Origin: an uncultured virus (IMG/VR IMGVR_UViG_3300034091_000431)
Lineage: Duplodnaviria > Heunggongvirae > Uroviricota > Caudoviricetes
Virus record (IMG/VR): IMGVR_UViG_3300034091_000431
Strand: one strand, 5' to 3'
Length of the DNA: 64,000 nucleotides
Made by a program: the position numbers and the translations under genes. This document shows, piece after piece, positions 34,001 through 44,996 of this stretch; position 1 is the stretch's first letter; the number at the start of each line of letters is the position of its first letter. A model generated the notes under the pieces. It searched no databases, had not been told where the DNA came from, and saw nothing but the letters and a program-made list of their open reading frames with translations.

Positions 34001-36191
34001 TCGAGGTCTTCCCGGTGAAGGAATGAAGAAGAAACGTCCGTGCCTGCCGGCCTTCGACTACTGGTTCACGACCGCTGAGTGGGGAAGTGATCGGCGAACC
34101 GGAACGTTTGCGTTCCTCGTTGAGCGTCGGAGGAAGCCCGAGGATCGTCCTGGGAAGGCGAGTACGGTCTGGAACTGGGTGGTCGTGAACAGCAAGGGCG
34201 GCGACATCGTGCGAGGCGTCGCTCAGAATCAAAGAGGGGCACGTAGTGCGGTGCGAGAGTTTGTGCGAACGCTTCCGGATGTTGCAGGTTACAAAAGATG
34301 ACCAACGAAGAGCTGGACGCGAGGGTGCTTGAGCTAATTCGGTCTGGTGTAGCCCGCGCAGGGTTCATCCGGGACCGTCTCAGCGAAGGCGTGTCGATGC
34401 GTGATGTCGACAAGTCGCTCCAACGGTTGCGACGACGCGGGTTCATCCAGTACGGAGCGGCAAGCCGGGAGACGGTGTTCTTTGGGTGGAGGATTGTCGT
34501 ATGACGGATGAAAAGGACGCTCCGCTCAATCGACACGAACGAAGAATTCTTGCAAAGCTGCAACGAGAAAAAGCACCAGTCAATACTCCGGGAGCTCCAC
34601 CCGGGATGACGGCGGATCGGGTGTTTTCTTTAGTGACTCACAATCTGACAGAAGAGGATGTGGCCATGGTTGGCTCAGAGGTTTCGCTAATAAAAGATGG
34701 GGTTCTTGGGGCCGGTACAGATGACAGGGCTGTCATTGTCAAAGAGTACACTCAGGAGGTTCGACAGACCATCAAAGAGATACTCACTGGTACTCTACGC
34801 ACTCCAGCCTTTCGTGACATGCTTGTGAAGCTAACGCGAGAAGCGGCTGTTGAGATCGCCAAGGAGATCTTGGCCGAGGAGGGAGCTGAGCTGGAGTCTC
34901 GCGTACGCGCTATCGTGAAGGAGCGTTGGGATACGGAGGTGACCAATGCGGCACACGCCTTCATGCAGTCCAAGCTGGACGAGGTAAAGAGGAAGTTGTG
35001 AGCAAGCACGCCGCCGAGTTCGTCGCGCTCGTCACCGACGGTCAGGTCATCGACGGCTTCGGTGCTCGTTGCGAGAAGTGCGGGCAGCCGACCGAGACGG
35101 GAGACGGGCGGAAAGACAAGTTCCTGAAGCTCGGTCGGGCGGTCATGAAGGACCTCGCGAAGGCGCTCGGTATCGATCCGAAGGAGGTGAGCGTGAACCC
35201 GGCGGGGCCGGCGGTGTCGGGGGACATTCTTGCCAAGGACGGGCGGGGACTAGAGATCGTCATGTCGCACCGTATGCCTAGAACCGCGTACGGTGATTTC
35301 TTGGCTCGGCATAATGCGGGCCATAGAGATGGTGGGTACATCTGGATGTACTGGGAGGAGCTTCTCGATCCGCTGAAGGTCGTCAAGAAGATTACTGCGT
35401 TACGCACTTTGCATGCGAAGGAGGCGGCAAATTGACCGTCAAGTGCGTCCCCACCAGTTGGTCCATCGCTCACGTCTGCGACCGCTGCGGCGCTGTCGGT
35501 CCAACAGTCGGCTACTATACGGCACCTCAGGACGAGGTCGACTGGAAGGAACGGTGTACGCGTGACGGGAGATGCGCGGCAGCTACGGCGGGATGGCTTG
35601 TAGGCGAAGAGGACCTGTGTCCTGCCTGTCGCAAACGCTTTGAGCGTGAGGTTCAGGAGACGCAGAAGAAGATAGACCTTATCGTCCACACGGACCTCTT
35701 CGAATTGCGAGACCCTTACCGATGACCGACCTCATGAAGGAGATTGACCTGGACGCGGTCTGTTGGGCTCTAGACAAGCGCTCGGACGAGGACCTCTACG
35801 AGTGCGCACGAGAGACCGTGCTTGCGTTCATGCCTGGTACGCCGTGGGGCTTGATAGAGACAGTAAATGCGTGGCCTCAGATCGACGCCGCCCTCGCCAT
35901 CGTCGTCACCACCGCCGAGCCGTGGGATGCCATCCTGAACGCGGCAGCTATCCTTCAGGAAGCGAAATGAAGGGCCTGGACGGAGAGGAGCTGGAGATCA
36001 TGGCGCTCATCGCCATGGGGTACGCCATCGACCTCAGGAGCACGTCGGGTGGGGTGGGTCGCCTCCTCAAGCGCGGCCTCGTCACCGAGAGTACGGTCAG
36101 CTGCGGCGCGCGTGACTGCGTCGGACACCAGTCGCTCGACATGACGAGCGTGGGTGTGATGGTGTGGAACGCCGTCAAGTGCTGCGGGTAA
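31010..36191 (+). other. run of about 18 small translationally coupled hypothetical genes, many with Cys-pair motifs
   Basis: Chain of ORFs with ATGA/GTGA overlaps, e.g. 31891-32193, 32926-33279, 34501-35001, 35432-35725. Confidence 0.7.
33281..33445 (+). CDS. CopG/RHH DNA-binding protein
   Basis: YTMRLNDKEYARIKQLAERDGVSMSDAVRMLV. Confidence 0.8.
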   Translation: MPKRVKQYTMRLNDKEYARIKQLAERDGVSMSDAVRMLVKREDDRLKAEKEAKR

Positions 36192-36265
36192 AAATGCCGG
36201 CCTCATCGGAGGTCTCGGGCCGGCGTCGAGGTACACAAGGCAGGAGTAGCCCCCTCCGAGTCCTT

Positions 36266-36775
36266 TTATGGTGCGTTTTCGAGGTCCTTGACCGTATTGT
36301 CAGCGGCGGGAGCGTCGAGGTCCCAGTCGAGGACGAAGACGTCCACTTCGACATATCCGGGCCCCTTGACGCCACTCAAGTAGTCCATAGTCTCGAACAT
36401 CTCGACGTAGAACTCGGCAAACGGCGACCACCGCAGGAACTCCTCGCGGGTGAACCACGTGACGGGGTGACCGATCTCCATTTCTCTCGGAGCCCCCTCG
36501 TAGAGGAGCCGGCCGGGAGAGACGCGGAAGACGTAGACCATTCGTCCTCGGTCCTCAGGAGCGTCCTTGACGCACGTTTCGGACGTGTAGAGCGGCGTCG
36601 CTTTCAGTGTTCGGAGGCCGGTCTCCTCGTAGAGCTCCCTCGCTTGCGCCGCTTCGACAGTCTCACCCTCCTCGACTTTGCCGCCTGGGAGCGTCCAGCC
36701 GCCGTACCGCGAGTTCCAGACGCACAAGATGTGGCCGTCACCGCGCTCGACGTAGGAGACGGCGGCGCGGTTCAC
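36266..36775 (-). CDS. NUDIX hydrolase
   Basis: PGGKVEEGETVEAAQARELYEETGL Nudix box. Confidence 0.92.
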   Translation of the reverse strand: MNRAAVSYVERGDGHILCVWNSRYGGWTLPGGKVEEGETVEAAQARELYEETGLRTLKATPLYTSETCVKDAPEDRGRMVYVFRVSPGRLLYEGAPREMEIGHPVTWFTREEFLRWSPFAEFYVEMFETMDYLSGVKGPGYVEVDVFVLDWDLDAPAADNTVKDLENAP

Positions 36776-37061
36776 GGTGCGTCCTTCGTCGGAACCTGGG
36801 CGTACCACTTAGCTACAATCTCAATCCCGCCTACGATGGGCAGGTCTTTGGTCGGATCGTAAGGACCTCCGTAGCCCTGCATGAGCTTGACGATACCAGC
36901 GTCCAGAGCTCCGGAGAGCTCCCGGATCTCGGCCGGCAAGCATGCTCCGCAAACGGTCGATTCATCACGTAGATAGACCTCTCGGTGCACCGTGATGATC
37001 TTACTCGTCAGAGTAAAGCCGTAGGCGACCGACTCGCCGCAGAGCGGGCAGGTCCACTTCT

Positions 37062-37286
37062 TCACGTTGCAATCTCCGGAGGTATCAGAGCGATGGCGGG
37101 TGTGGGCTGCTCCGGCGCGACCAACGCGAGCGACGCCGGCGCGAACTCCCCGTCTTCGAGCTGCGCTCCGTCGAACCAGAAGCAGAAGACGCTCACGGCC
37201 GTCCCCTTCTTCTCGATTTCATCGACGGTCATGGCGGGTCCGCCGCTCTTCAGGCGCACGACGTCTCCAGGCTTGAACTCTGACAT
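37062..37286 (-). CDS. YodC/DUF2158 family protein
   Basis: FKPGDVVRLKSGGPAMTV...CFWFDG. Confidence 0.85.
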   Translation of the reverse strand: MSEFKPGDVVRLKSGGPAMTVDEIEKKGTAVSVFCFWFDGAQLEDGEFAPASLALVAPEQPTPAIALIPPEIAT

Positions 37287-37453
37287 GGAAGTCTCCTCTT
37301 TCTCCATCGGCTTCAGGGCATCGCAGCCCCAGCATCTATCACGCGTACGGTCGTTCGCGAGCTCTTCGCCGCGCGGGTGGTTCCGGCAGTACCAACCGTT
37401 CCAGGGTATGTTTTCGGCCGTCGCTAGTAACTCGGCGCTCGTTACTAGGCCGT

Positions 37454-37819
37454 TCATTCGCCAGTCCAGACCCATCGGCCCACGCGCCAGAGACCCAGTA
37501 GCGGAAACGCGAACGGAGCCCATGAGGCGAGCAGCGCAATTTCCGACCAAGAGCGTCTCTCGAACCAGTTGTCCGGGTCGCGATGGCGAGGCTGGGCTGA
37601 TTTGGCAATAATAGAGACGAGGGAGCCAACGATGTGAACCGCGGTCACTATTACTGCTGCGCCAGGACCCAATAGGCATAGACCGAAGCTGGCCGTCGGC
37701 CCTGTTGCGGCTAGGACCAGAATTCCGAGTCGCCCTAGTGCGGCACGGATGCGCGGCCACACCGGTTCGGACGGTTCGACCGGCATCTCTGCTGGTTCCC
37801 TGTACGGCGTCTCGCTCAT
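37454..37819 (-). CDS. membrane protein
   Basis: MSETPYRE... with three hydrophobic segments. Confidence 0.55.
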   Translation of the reverse strand: MSETPYREPAEMPVEPSEPVWPRIRAALGRLGILVLAATGPTASFGLCLLGPGAAVIVTAVHIVGSLVSIIAKSAQPRHRDPDNWFERRSWSEIALLASWAPFAFPLLGLWRVGRWVWTGE

Positions 37820-38318
37820 TTTGCGGTCGCCATCTCGATACCGATCGCGATGTCGCGAACGATGTCGTCGACCGGTGTGGGTTTGCCCGTCGAGTCGACA
37901 ACGTCGTCCTTGATGCACCAGCTGACGGCGGTCTCGCCCTCGCAGAGGACGCCAGCGACGACGCCGAGCGCCTGGAAGTCGGCGGTCTCGAGTTCGTCCA
38001 TCATGGCCGCCAGGTGCTTGTCGATGACGGCTTGGGCGGCAGCGGGGATCTTGGGGTCGGTCATTCTGGCATCTTCCTTTTGACGATGTTCGCGATCGCC
38101 TGCTTCACGCAGTCCTTGCTGCATGCGTGACCGACGGTGTCCGGGATGACGGCTTCCTTCCCGGCTTGGGCGCTGACCTTCAACGTGACCCAGGAGGCAA
38201 GTTCCTTGGTGAAGGTCTCCATCTGGGCGGCATTCGACGTGTCGTAAAAGTCGAGGACCTTGGTCTTGTCGCAGCCGTCGCAGCGATAGGTTTTGGTGTC
38301 CTTGACCATGCGTCAGGC

Positions 38319-38394
38319 AGGATGCCTTCGTTGCCCAGGTAGTGTCAAGCGTCGTCACCCACCGCTTGACCTTTCATGGTGCCAAACGTAGGCT
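38319..38394. promoter_or_regulatory. divergent sigma70-like promoters
   Basis: Plus strand TTGACC-17-TAGGCT (38366-38394); minus strand TTGACA-18-CATCCT (38348-38319). Confidence 0.6.
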
Positions 38395-38401
38395 CCTCTC
38401 G

Positions 38402-38572
38402 GTGGAGAAACAGAAAAAGGTCCAGATCCAGATCCGGATGGATCCGCGTATGAGGCGGCGCGTGCGCGAGTACATCAAGAAGGTCGAGAGGGAATCTGGG
38501 GTAGAAATAGGCTTCAGCGAAGCCGTGCGCTCGCTCTTGGAGCGTTCGCTAGAACGAATGGAGGGAAAGTGA
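38402..38572 (+). CDS. RHH-like DNA-binding protein
   Basis: IQIRMDPRMRRRVREY...FSEAVRSLLERSL. Confidence 0.65.
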   Translation: MEKQKKVQIQIRMDPRMRRRVREYIKKVERESGVEIGFSEAVRSLLERSLERMEGK

Positions 38573-38967
38573 GCGTATACTTTGCCCAGCGCAGAAGTGG
38601 CGGGTTGATCAAGATTGGGTGGAGCACTGGCGTACATTCTCGCATGATTGCGTTGAGGACCAGGTTGCTGGGGTCGATGCCGGGTAGACGCAAGGAAGAG
38701 CTCGCCGTTCATGAGCGTTTCAAGCATCTGCGCGCGAAAGGGGAGTGGTTTAGGCCAGACGCTGAGCTTCTGGAGTTCATTCGGACGAAGGCTCAGCAAC
38801 ACGAGCCGGAAAATGACGGCACACAATCGCCGATCCGGATGAGCGAGTCTTTGAAAGAGAGAATTCGTGAATACCGGCAGCAGGTAAAAGACAACCGAGG
38901 ATTCGAGATCAGCTATTCAGAGGCGATTCGGAGTCTGATCGAGAGGGGGCTAAAAGCAGTGTCATGA
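38569..38967 (+). CDS. T5orf172/GIY-YIG-like domain fused to an RHH-like domain
   Basis: VYFAQ...IKIG...HERF-x-GEWF, then IRMSESLKERIREY...YSEAIRSLIERGL. Confidence 0.75.
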   Translation: MSVYFAQRRSGGLIKIGWSTGVHSRMIALRTRLLGSMPGRRKEELAVHERFKHLRAKGEWFRPDAELLEFIRTKAQQHEPENDGTQSPIRMSESLKERIREYRQQVKDNRGFEISYSEAIRSLIERGLKAVS

Positions 38968-39130
38968 GCTACCCCATCGACGAGCAAGCTCTCCGCCGTG
39001 CTCAGGCGAAGGTCGCGGAGGCCGCCGAGAAGTTCGGGCCGCTCGGCAGGCCGGCGGACAGTTCGTGTATCTGCCTGGAGTACCCTTGTCCGTGTGCGTG
39101 CCACAAAGACCGGTCTCGAAAGCCTAAGGA

Positions 39131-39496
39131 GTGAAGATGGCAACGGTTGAAGCGCTCATGAAGAAGACGGCGTCGGACATCGAAAAGGTCTCCGCCGACG
39201 TCGAGTCGGTTACGGCTGCTATCGTGGCCGACAAGTCTGAGGACCAGAGCGAGATTCGCGCTGAGATGACCAAGCTCCATGAGCAATTCACCGCGCTCAT
39301 CGAGAAGGCAAAGGCGCTCGAGGCGCGAGCGCAGAAGCTATCTGAGAAGGCCGACGCGGAGCAGGAGAACGCGCAGAACTTCTTCGGAAGTGCCGAGGAG
39401 CTCGTGACCTCGCTCGAGGGGGCATCGGAGGCAATGGACCCGGCCCAATGGGACTGGGGTGATGACGAGGAGGAGCCGGAAGATGGACACGCGTAA
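39131..39496 (+). CDS. coiled-coil protein
   Basis: Heptad-rich acidic ORF; AAGGAG RBS. Confidence 0.6.
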   Translation: MKMATVEALMKKTASDIEKVSADVESVTAAIVADKSEDQSEIRAEMTKLHEQFTALIEKAKALEARAQKLSEKADAEQENAQNFFGSAEELVTSLEGASEAMDPAQWDWGDDEEEPEDGHA

Positions 39497-39800
39497 CGGC
39501 GCTGAGCGCATCGCTGATGAGCGATTACGGCAGATCATGGCCGAGGGCTACACCGCCGAGCACGATGACGGGCACATTCACGGAGAGCTAGCCATGGCAG
39601 CGGCTTGTTACGCGGCGCCAGAGCGACTCTACGAGATGCGCGAAGGATTTTGCGATCCGTGGCCGTTCGAGGAGGAGGATGACAAGAGGCAGCCTCCAGA
39701 CAGGAGGACTTCTCCGGCAGCTCGCATCCGCCTCCTCGAAAAGGCCGGCGCTCTCATCGCAGCCGAAATCGACCGCTTACTTCGCAAGCAAGGAACGTAA
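39483..39800 (+). CDS. conserved phage-type helical protein
   Basis: ERLRQI-xEG-x-EHDD-x-GELA-x-AACYA...WP...KAGALIAAEIDR pattern, recalled from phage genomes. Confidence 0.7.
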   Translation: MDTRNGAERIADERLRQIMAEGYTAEHDDGHIHGELAMAAACYAAPERLYEMREGFCDPWPFEEEDDKRQPPDRRTSPAARIRLLEKAGALIAAEIDRLLRKQGT

Positions 39801-40380
39801 TGCTGATCAACTACGCGGAGGTGTTGCCAGAGCAGCTCGCCCGAACGCGCGTCCGAGACGGTCGCTGGGAGCGTCTCGAGAACGGCGAGTGGGTCCCCTG
39901 GCCTGTTCTCCGGCTCGACAGGCTTGGACGCTTGGAAGCGTTGCGGTGCCACGGGCGTACGCCTCGTACCGAGGCAGCGTGATCGAGTTCGAGCAGGGTC
40001 GTTACCGAGGTCGCTGCATTCTATTGAGAGAGCCGGTGCTTGGCGTCGTCGGTATCGTCGAGTGTTCTGCGAACGGTTGTCTGGCGCAGTACGTCCTCAC
40101 TGTCGAGGGCGGTCACGAAGACCCTGTAGAATTCGCTGCTGCCGTCCACGTTTTTATCACCGAGCACGAGTGCGCGTCATGATCCGTTGCCGATCGAGCG
40201 TCCCACCGAACGGCGACGACTGCCCCGCGGAGGCGGACCGGCTGCTCGTCTGGAAGGATACGCGCCGTCCGGACGACGATCGACCGCTGGAGCCCAAGAC
40301 GCCAGTGTGTGCGGAATGTGCGCTCCAGATGCAGCAGCGGCTGCCTGGAGCGATTATCCGCGTCGAGCGCATTACACTGG

Positions 40381-40409
40381 TTGACAAGCGGTAGCGCTCG
40401 TCACATGCT
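40381..40409 (+). promoter_or_regulatory. sigma70-like promoter
   Basis: TTGACA-17-CATGCT, followed by AGGAGG and ATG 40436. Confidence 0.6.
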
Positions 40410-40435
40410 GCGACCTCAGCAGGAGGTCACGACGC

Positions 40436-40666
40436 ATGGCGATCAGCAAGGCAGAGATGTGGGTGCAGTTCGCGACGGCGGCGGTCGCTCGGTACGTCGT
40501 CCCCGAGGAAGTCGAGGACGCCGACGAGCTCGTCGATGACATGAGCGAGGTTGCGACGCAGTTCGCCGATCAGATGCTCGACGAGTACGACGAACGGTTC
40601 TTGGGCGGCACGGAGCGCAAGCCCAAGACGCGCAAGCGTAAGCATCCGGCCCAGACGGAGGACTGA
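40436..40666 (+). CDS. hypothetical acidic protein
   Basis: Strong RBS; ORF track. Confidence 0.65.
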   Translation: MAISKAEMWVQFATAAVARYVVPEEVEDADELVDDMSEVATQFADQMLDEYDERFLGGTERKPKTRKRKHPAQTED

Positions 40667-40670
40667 GTCG

Positions 40671-41672
40671 ATGCCCAAGGATAAAGGCACCGAGACGCAG
40701 CGAAAGAAGGCGTCGCGTCAAGAGGCTGGCGCTCAAGGCAAGCGCGATGCGTACATGTACGATCCGGAGACGCTCGTTCTCGTCACCGACGAGAAGTCAC
40801 CGCTATATGACGAGAGGGTGCATCTGCCGGTCAACGAGAAGCTCGTCGCGAACATGATGTTTCAGCCGGACGGTCCAGACAGTGCCCCGTTGGGCGTCAT
40901 CAAGCCGGTGGTCGTACGTCGCAACCCGGAGACTACGGACATCGAAGTAGTCGATGGTCGGCAGCGCGTAAAGGCGGCCGTTGAAGCAAATAAGCGCCTG
41001 AAGAAAGAGGGGCGCAACACAATCCGAGTCACGACCGTTACCGAACGCGGTCGAGATTCTCGCCTCATAGGGATTTCTATCAGCGCGAACGAGTTCAATC
41101 AGGACGAGACGCCCAGCGGGCGCGCTCGCAAGATTCAGAACTACATCGATCACGGCCACGACAAGAAGGAGGCCGCGAACATGTTTGGTGTCAGCGAGGC
41201 CACCATCACCAACATGCTTGCCGTTCTGGGAGCACCCAAGGTGATCAGGAGTGCTGCCGACGCCGGGAAGATCTCCAACGCAGACGCCTACAAGCTCGCC
41301 AAGATGGAGCCGGACGAGGCGAAGAAGAAGCTGGAAGAGCTCCTCGAGAAGGCTCCGCGCACTCCTGGCAGGAAGCGGAGCAAGAACGCGAAGAAGGCAC
41401 GCCAGGTGATGGGGCGCCCAGAGGCGGGGCGTGCGGAGACGGGACGTCCGGAGCCCGAGTCGGCGCCCGGACTGGCGCTGGCCGGCGGGACTCCCGAACC
41501 CTCTTCGAAGAAGAGCATGAAGAAGCTCGAGGACGCCGTCGCCGAGGCGATCGCCGTCTGGGTCGAAGCGAACTGGGCGGATGGCAACTGGAACGGTGCG
41601 CCGCAGGACATACCGATCCTGATTCGGAAGGGGGACTGGCGCGAGCATCGAGACAAGACGGCGAAGGAATGA
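40671..41672 (+). CDS. ParB/Srx-like nuclease domain plus HTH protein
   Basis: GVIKPVVVRR...VVDGRQRVKAA...ANE; HTH AANMFGVSEATITNML. Confidence 0.8.
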   Translation: MPKDKGTETQRKKASRQEAGAQGKRDAYMYDPETLVLVTDEKSPLYDERVHLPVNEKLVANMMFQPDGPDSAPLGVIKPVVVRRNPETTDIEVVDGRQRVKAAVEANKRLKKEGRNTIRVTTVTERGRDSRLIGISISANEFNQDETPSGRARKIQNYIDHGHDKKEAANMFGVSEATITNMLAVLGAPKVIRSAADAGKISNADAYKLAKMEPDEAKKKLEELLEKAPRTPGRKRSKNAKKARQVMGRPEAGRAETGRPEPESAPGLALAGGTPEPSSKKSMKKLEDAVAEAIAVWVEANWADGNWNGAPQDIPILIRKGDWREHRDKTAKE

Positions 41673-42160
41673 GCGGTCCCGGTTACGCCAAGGGTACGAC
41701 GGTCGACGTCTCGAAATCGCGAGCGGAGATTGACCACGTCCTCGTGAAGAATGGGGCGTCGTCCGTCGGTATTCTGAACGACTCGGACAAGGCTGTCGCG
41801 GTAGTCGCGTTCACGATCCGGGGCGCGAAGTTCCGACTCGAGATTCCTATGCCGTTGATGGCTGAGGTCGAGAAAGTACCGAGGCCTCGGCAGTGGTCAT
41901 ATTGGGACGAGACGAGGCGTAGCGCGTGGAAGCGTTCTGAGCTCTCGCAGTTGGAACGTGAGCGCTGGCGAGCCGTCTTATTGCTCATCAAAAGCAAGCT
42001 CGAGATCGTTCGTATCGGTCTCTCGAGTGTCGAGCGGGAGTTCATGGCCGATCTCGTCTTACCTAGCGGTCAGCGCGCGGAAGCGTTTTTCGCGGAGGCG
42101 ATCCGTCGCGGGCTCGAGGGTGGCGACGCGTCACCGATGCTGGGCGAGGGGGAGAAGTGA
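41669..42160 (+). CDS. conserved phage-type hypothetical protein
   Basis: YAKGTTV-x-SRAEI...WRAVLLLIKSKLE...EREFMA. Confidence 0.7.
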   Translation: MSGPGYAKGTTVDVSKSRAEIDHVLVKNGASSVGILNDSDKAVAVVAFTIRGAKFRLEIPMPLMAEVEKVPRPRQWSYWDETRRSAWKRSELSQLERERWRAVLLLIKSKLEIVRIGLSSVEREFMADLVLPSGQRAEAFFAEAIRRGLEGGDASPMLGEGEK

Positions 42161-42461
42161 TGGGTCTTCCGAAGCTGAAACGCATCAATCCTCCCGAGGA
42201 CATTGGCGGAGGCTTGGAGCGTTACGCCGAGATAATGGACGGGACTGGCGCGAGCGCGTATCGATTCAAACAACCCAAGGAGAAGAAGATGGTAGCGAAG
42301 AGCAAGAAGTCGAAGACAAAAACCCCGACGGTCAGGAGCCTCAAGGGCATGCGAGGCGGCTCGGTCGCCGGTGCGCCGCGCGTGTGCGGGGTGTGCGACA
42401 AGCCGGGGCACAACTCGCGCAGTCACGAGCCGGGCGGGAAGTTGGCGAAGGGGGCTGAGCG

Positions 42462-43343
42462 GTGGCGTACGAGGCGAAGATAGTGCTGGACAGCGTGGGG
42501 CCGAACGGCGCGCGGCTGACGACGTTCGAACTCGAGTACCCGCGCATCGTGCACGCGGAACTGATGACCCATCGGGTCTTCTCCCGAAACAGCGCCTCGT
42601 CGCGCGCCATCCCGACCGAGAAGCTCCTCGCGCGCATCGAGAACGATCCGGCGATACCGGTCTGGTGGGGGAAGAACCAGGCCGGCATGCAGGCGCGCGA
42701 GGAGCTGGAAGGCGAGGATCTCATCCGGGCGAAGGACCGCTGGCGGTCGGCCGTGCTCTCGGGCGTCTGGCATGCGCGGCGGCTCGGGGAGACAGGCCTC
42801 CACAAGCAGATCGCCAACCGCGCCGCCGAGCTGGGAATGTTCATCACGGTGGTGGTGACGGCCACCGAGTTCGACAACTTCTTCGCGCTCCGGGACCACG
42901 CTGCGGCGCAACCGGAGCTGGCCGACGTCGCCGGCAAGGCGCATCGGTTGTGGCTGAAGAGTGAGCCGAACCAGCTCCTGGCCGGTTCGTTCCATCTGCC
43001 GTACGTCGCCGGCTACGATGCCGAAGAGTGCTTTCGAGAGTACAGCCTGGACGGGGTGTGCCGTGTCTCGATCGGCCGGTGCGCGGCCGTCAGCTATCTG
43101 AACCAGGACAAGCGCGACCCCCCGGCCGACATCGCGCGCGCCGACAAGCTCTCGGCGGCAGGGCACATGAGCCCGTTCGAGCACGTCGCGCAGGCGCTGA
43201 CGGCCGACGAGTGGAAGGTCTACGCGCGGACCGCTTGCGAGCTTTGGGTGCGTGACCGCGTACCGGTCGGAAATCTCTGGGGCTGGAGGCAATACCGGAA
43301 AGAGCTGCCGAACGAGCACGACTTCTCGAGAATCGGAGCCTGA
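42462..43343 (+). CDS. thyX: flavin-dependent thymidylate synthase
   Basis: ELMTHRVFSRNSASSRAIP, HKQIANR, NFFALR, HMSPFEH. Confidence 0.9.
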   Translation: MAYEAKIVLDSVGPNGARLTTFELEYPRIVHAELMTHRVFSRNSASSRAIPTEKLLARIENDPAIPVWWGKNQAGMQAREELEGEDLIRAKDRWRSAVLSGVWHARRLGETGLHKQIANRAAELGMFITVVVTATEFDNFFALRDHAAAQPELADVAGKAHRLWLKSEPNQLLAGSFHLPYVAGYDAEECFREYSLDGVCRVSIGRCAAVSYLNQDKRDPPADIARADKLSAAGHMSPFEHVAQALTADEWKVYARTACELWVRDRVPVGNLWGWRQYRKELPNEHDFSRIGA

Positions 43344-43570
43344 CGTGTCCGACGGCGGCTGCCAGCACCCCGAGTCCGAGGTCGACATCCTCGAAGTGCT
43401 CGAGATGCACGCCGTCTACTGGTGTACGCTCTGCGGGTCGGTTCGGGTCGGCGGGGGCGCCTGGCGCGCTCCGACCGGGATCGTGCTCCCGGGCTGGCGG
43501 TGTGCTCACTGTCGGGGGTTCAACGGGTCGGCTAAGGAACTGTTGACCGAGTGCAGGTGCTGCGGAACAA

Positions 43571-44996
43571 GGAGGAAATCATGAGCGACGTGCGACAGAA
43601 AGCGAAGGACCTCTTGCGGCTCGCCCTCAACGAGGGGACGAGCCAGCAGGAGCGGGACACTGCCACCAGGCACCTGCTCACCCTGATCGAGAAGTACGAT
43701 CTCCTCTCCGCAGGCGGCAAGCCCATCAACGTCGCCGCCGAGATCCTGAACAAGGTCATCAGCGGGGACTTCCTCGAGCAGGTCGCCGCCGGTGCCGAGC
43801 GGGCCGCGAGCGGTCTCGAGCGGATCATGGCGGCGGGCAAGCGGATGTCGGACGCGCGGGGGGAGCCTAAGAAGCGGCGGAGGACGTATCGGTGAGCGAC
43901 GATAGGAAGCCGTGCACGCTCGAGAACTGCGGTCACATGAGGCAGCTCGACGCGATCGTCGACTTTCTGGGTATGACGCGTGGAACGAGGTCGGTGCTCG
44001 ACGAGCTCCAGTCTCGATTCAAGTATGGCGCGATCGCGTCTGCGCAGATCACCGTCCAAGCCTTCATCGAGCGTGTCGAGCTCACCCGCCAGCGCGCCGG
44101 CAGCGCGTCGGTCGCGAAGGCGTACCTCGTGCTCGCGGACGACGCCGACGACCACGAGTTCAAGGTCGCGGTGCCGCGCGACTTCGCGGTCGCCGTCGGC
44201 AAGTACCTCGAGACGTGGGACGAGACAGACCAGTCGCCGAGGATTTCGATTACGTTCTCGATCAAGGAAGAGGAGTAAAGTGTATGCGTTGGACTACCAG
44301 ATTGAAACGACACGGGGGTTTGGCCGCACTTCAGGCAAGACGCAAGGAGAGTTTTACGCTGCTTGCAAAGGCCGAAGTCAAAGCTGTTAGGGAAGGGCGC
44401 AGCGTCGATCATATCAAAGAGGCACGTAAGTGGCTCGAATGGCACCATTTACGGACTCTTTAGCCCACGGAGGAACTCTATGACCGATCTAAAGAACGAC
44501 ATCTGGGTGGCTTCCGCAGGCGGCCGAAAGCTCCTCATCGGGTGCGAGGTGAACGACCTCACGTGGTACGAGGTCCGGACGATCGTCTCGAAGAAGCTCG
44601 GCGTCGAACCGTTCTCGCAGGACCTGACGATCGAGCGCAATCCGGCGACCGCAGTGCCGGCCCGTGTCGAGGTCCTGGAGGTTCGGTGGACCGGGGACGA
44701 TTACGCGAAGGGCGGTACGCCAGGCAAGAGGAGGATGCAGGAGCGGGCGCCGGGCGGGGAGTGGGTGGATGTCTAGCGGGACGTGCAGCGTTTGCGGCGG
44801 GGCAATACCGGAACGTGAGACGGTAATCGGGCACACGGCTTTGTGTGCGGAGATCGTGCGTGTGCGCGCTAGGGCTCATGCGCTTGAGGAGGTCGTCGAA
44901 GTGCTCGAAGCACAAGCTACCAATCCGGCGGCTTCAGCAGCTGATCGCATAGGCATGCTTGGTGCCGCACGTATCGTGCGCGGAATGCTCCCGTGA
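43571..44996 (+). other. several small hypothetical genes (43571-43895, 43892-44278, 44480-44776 and others)
   Basis: Coupled ORFs with RBS-like sites. Confidence 0.6.

Noticed and set aside
36196..36266. Rho-independent terminator between convergent genes
   Set aside because: GC-rich inverted repeats exist, but stems are interrupted and U-tracts are weak or separated; not supportable as a feature.
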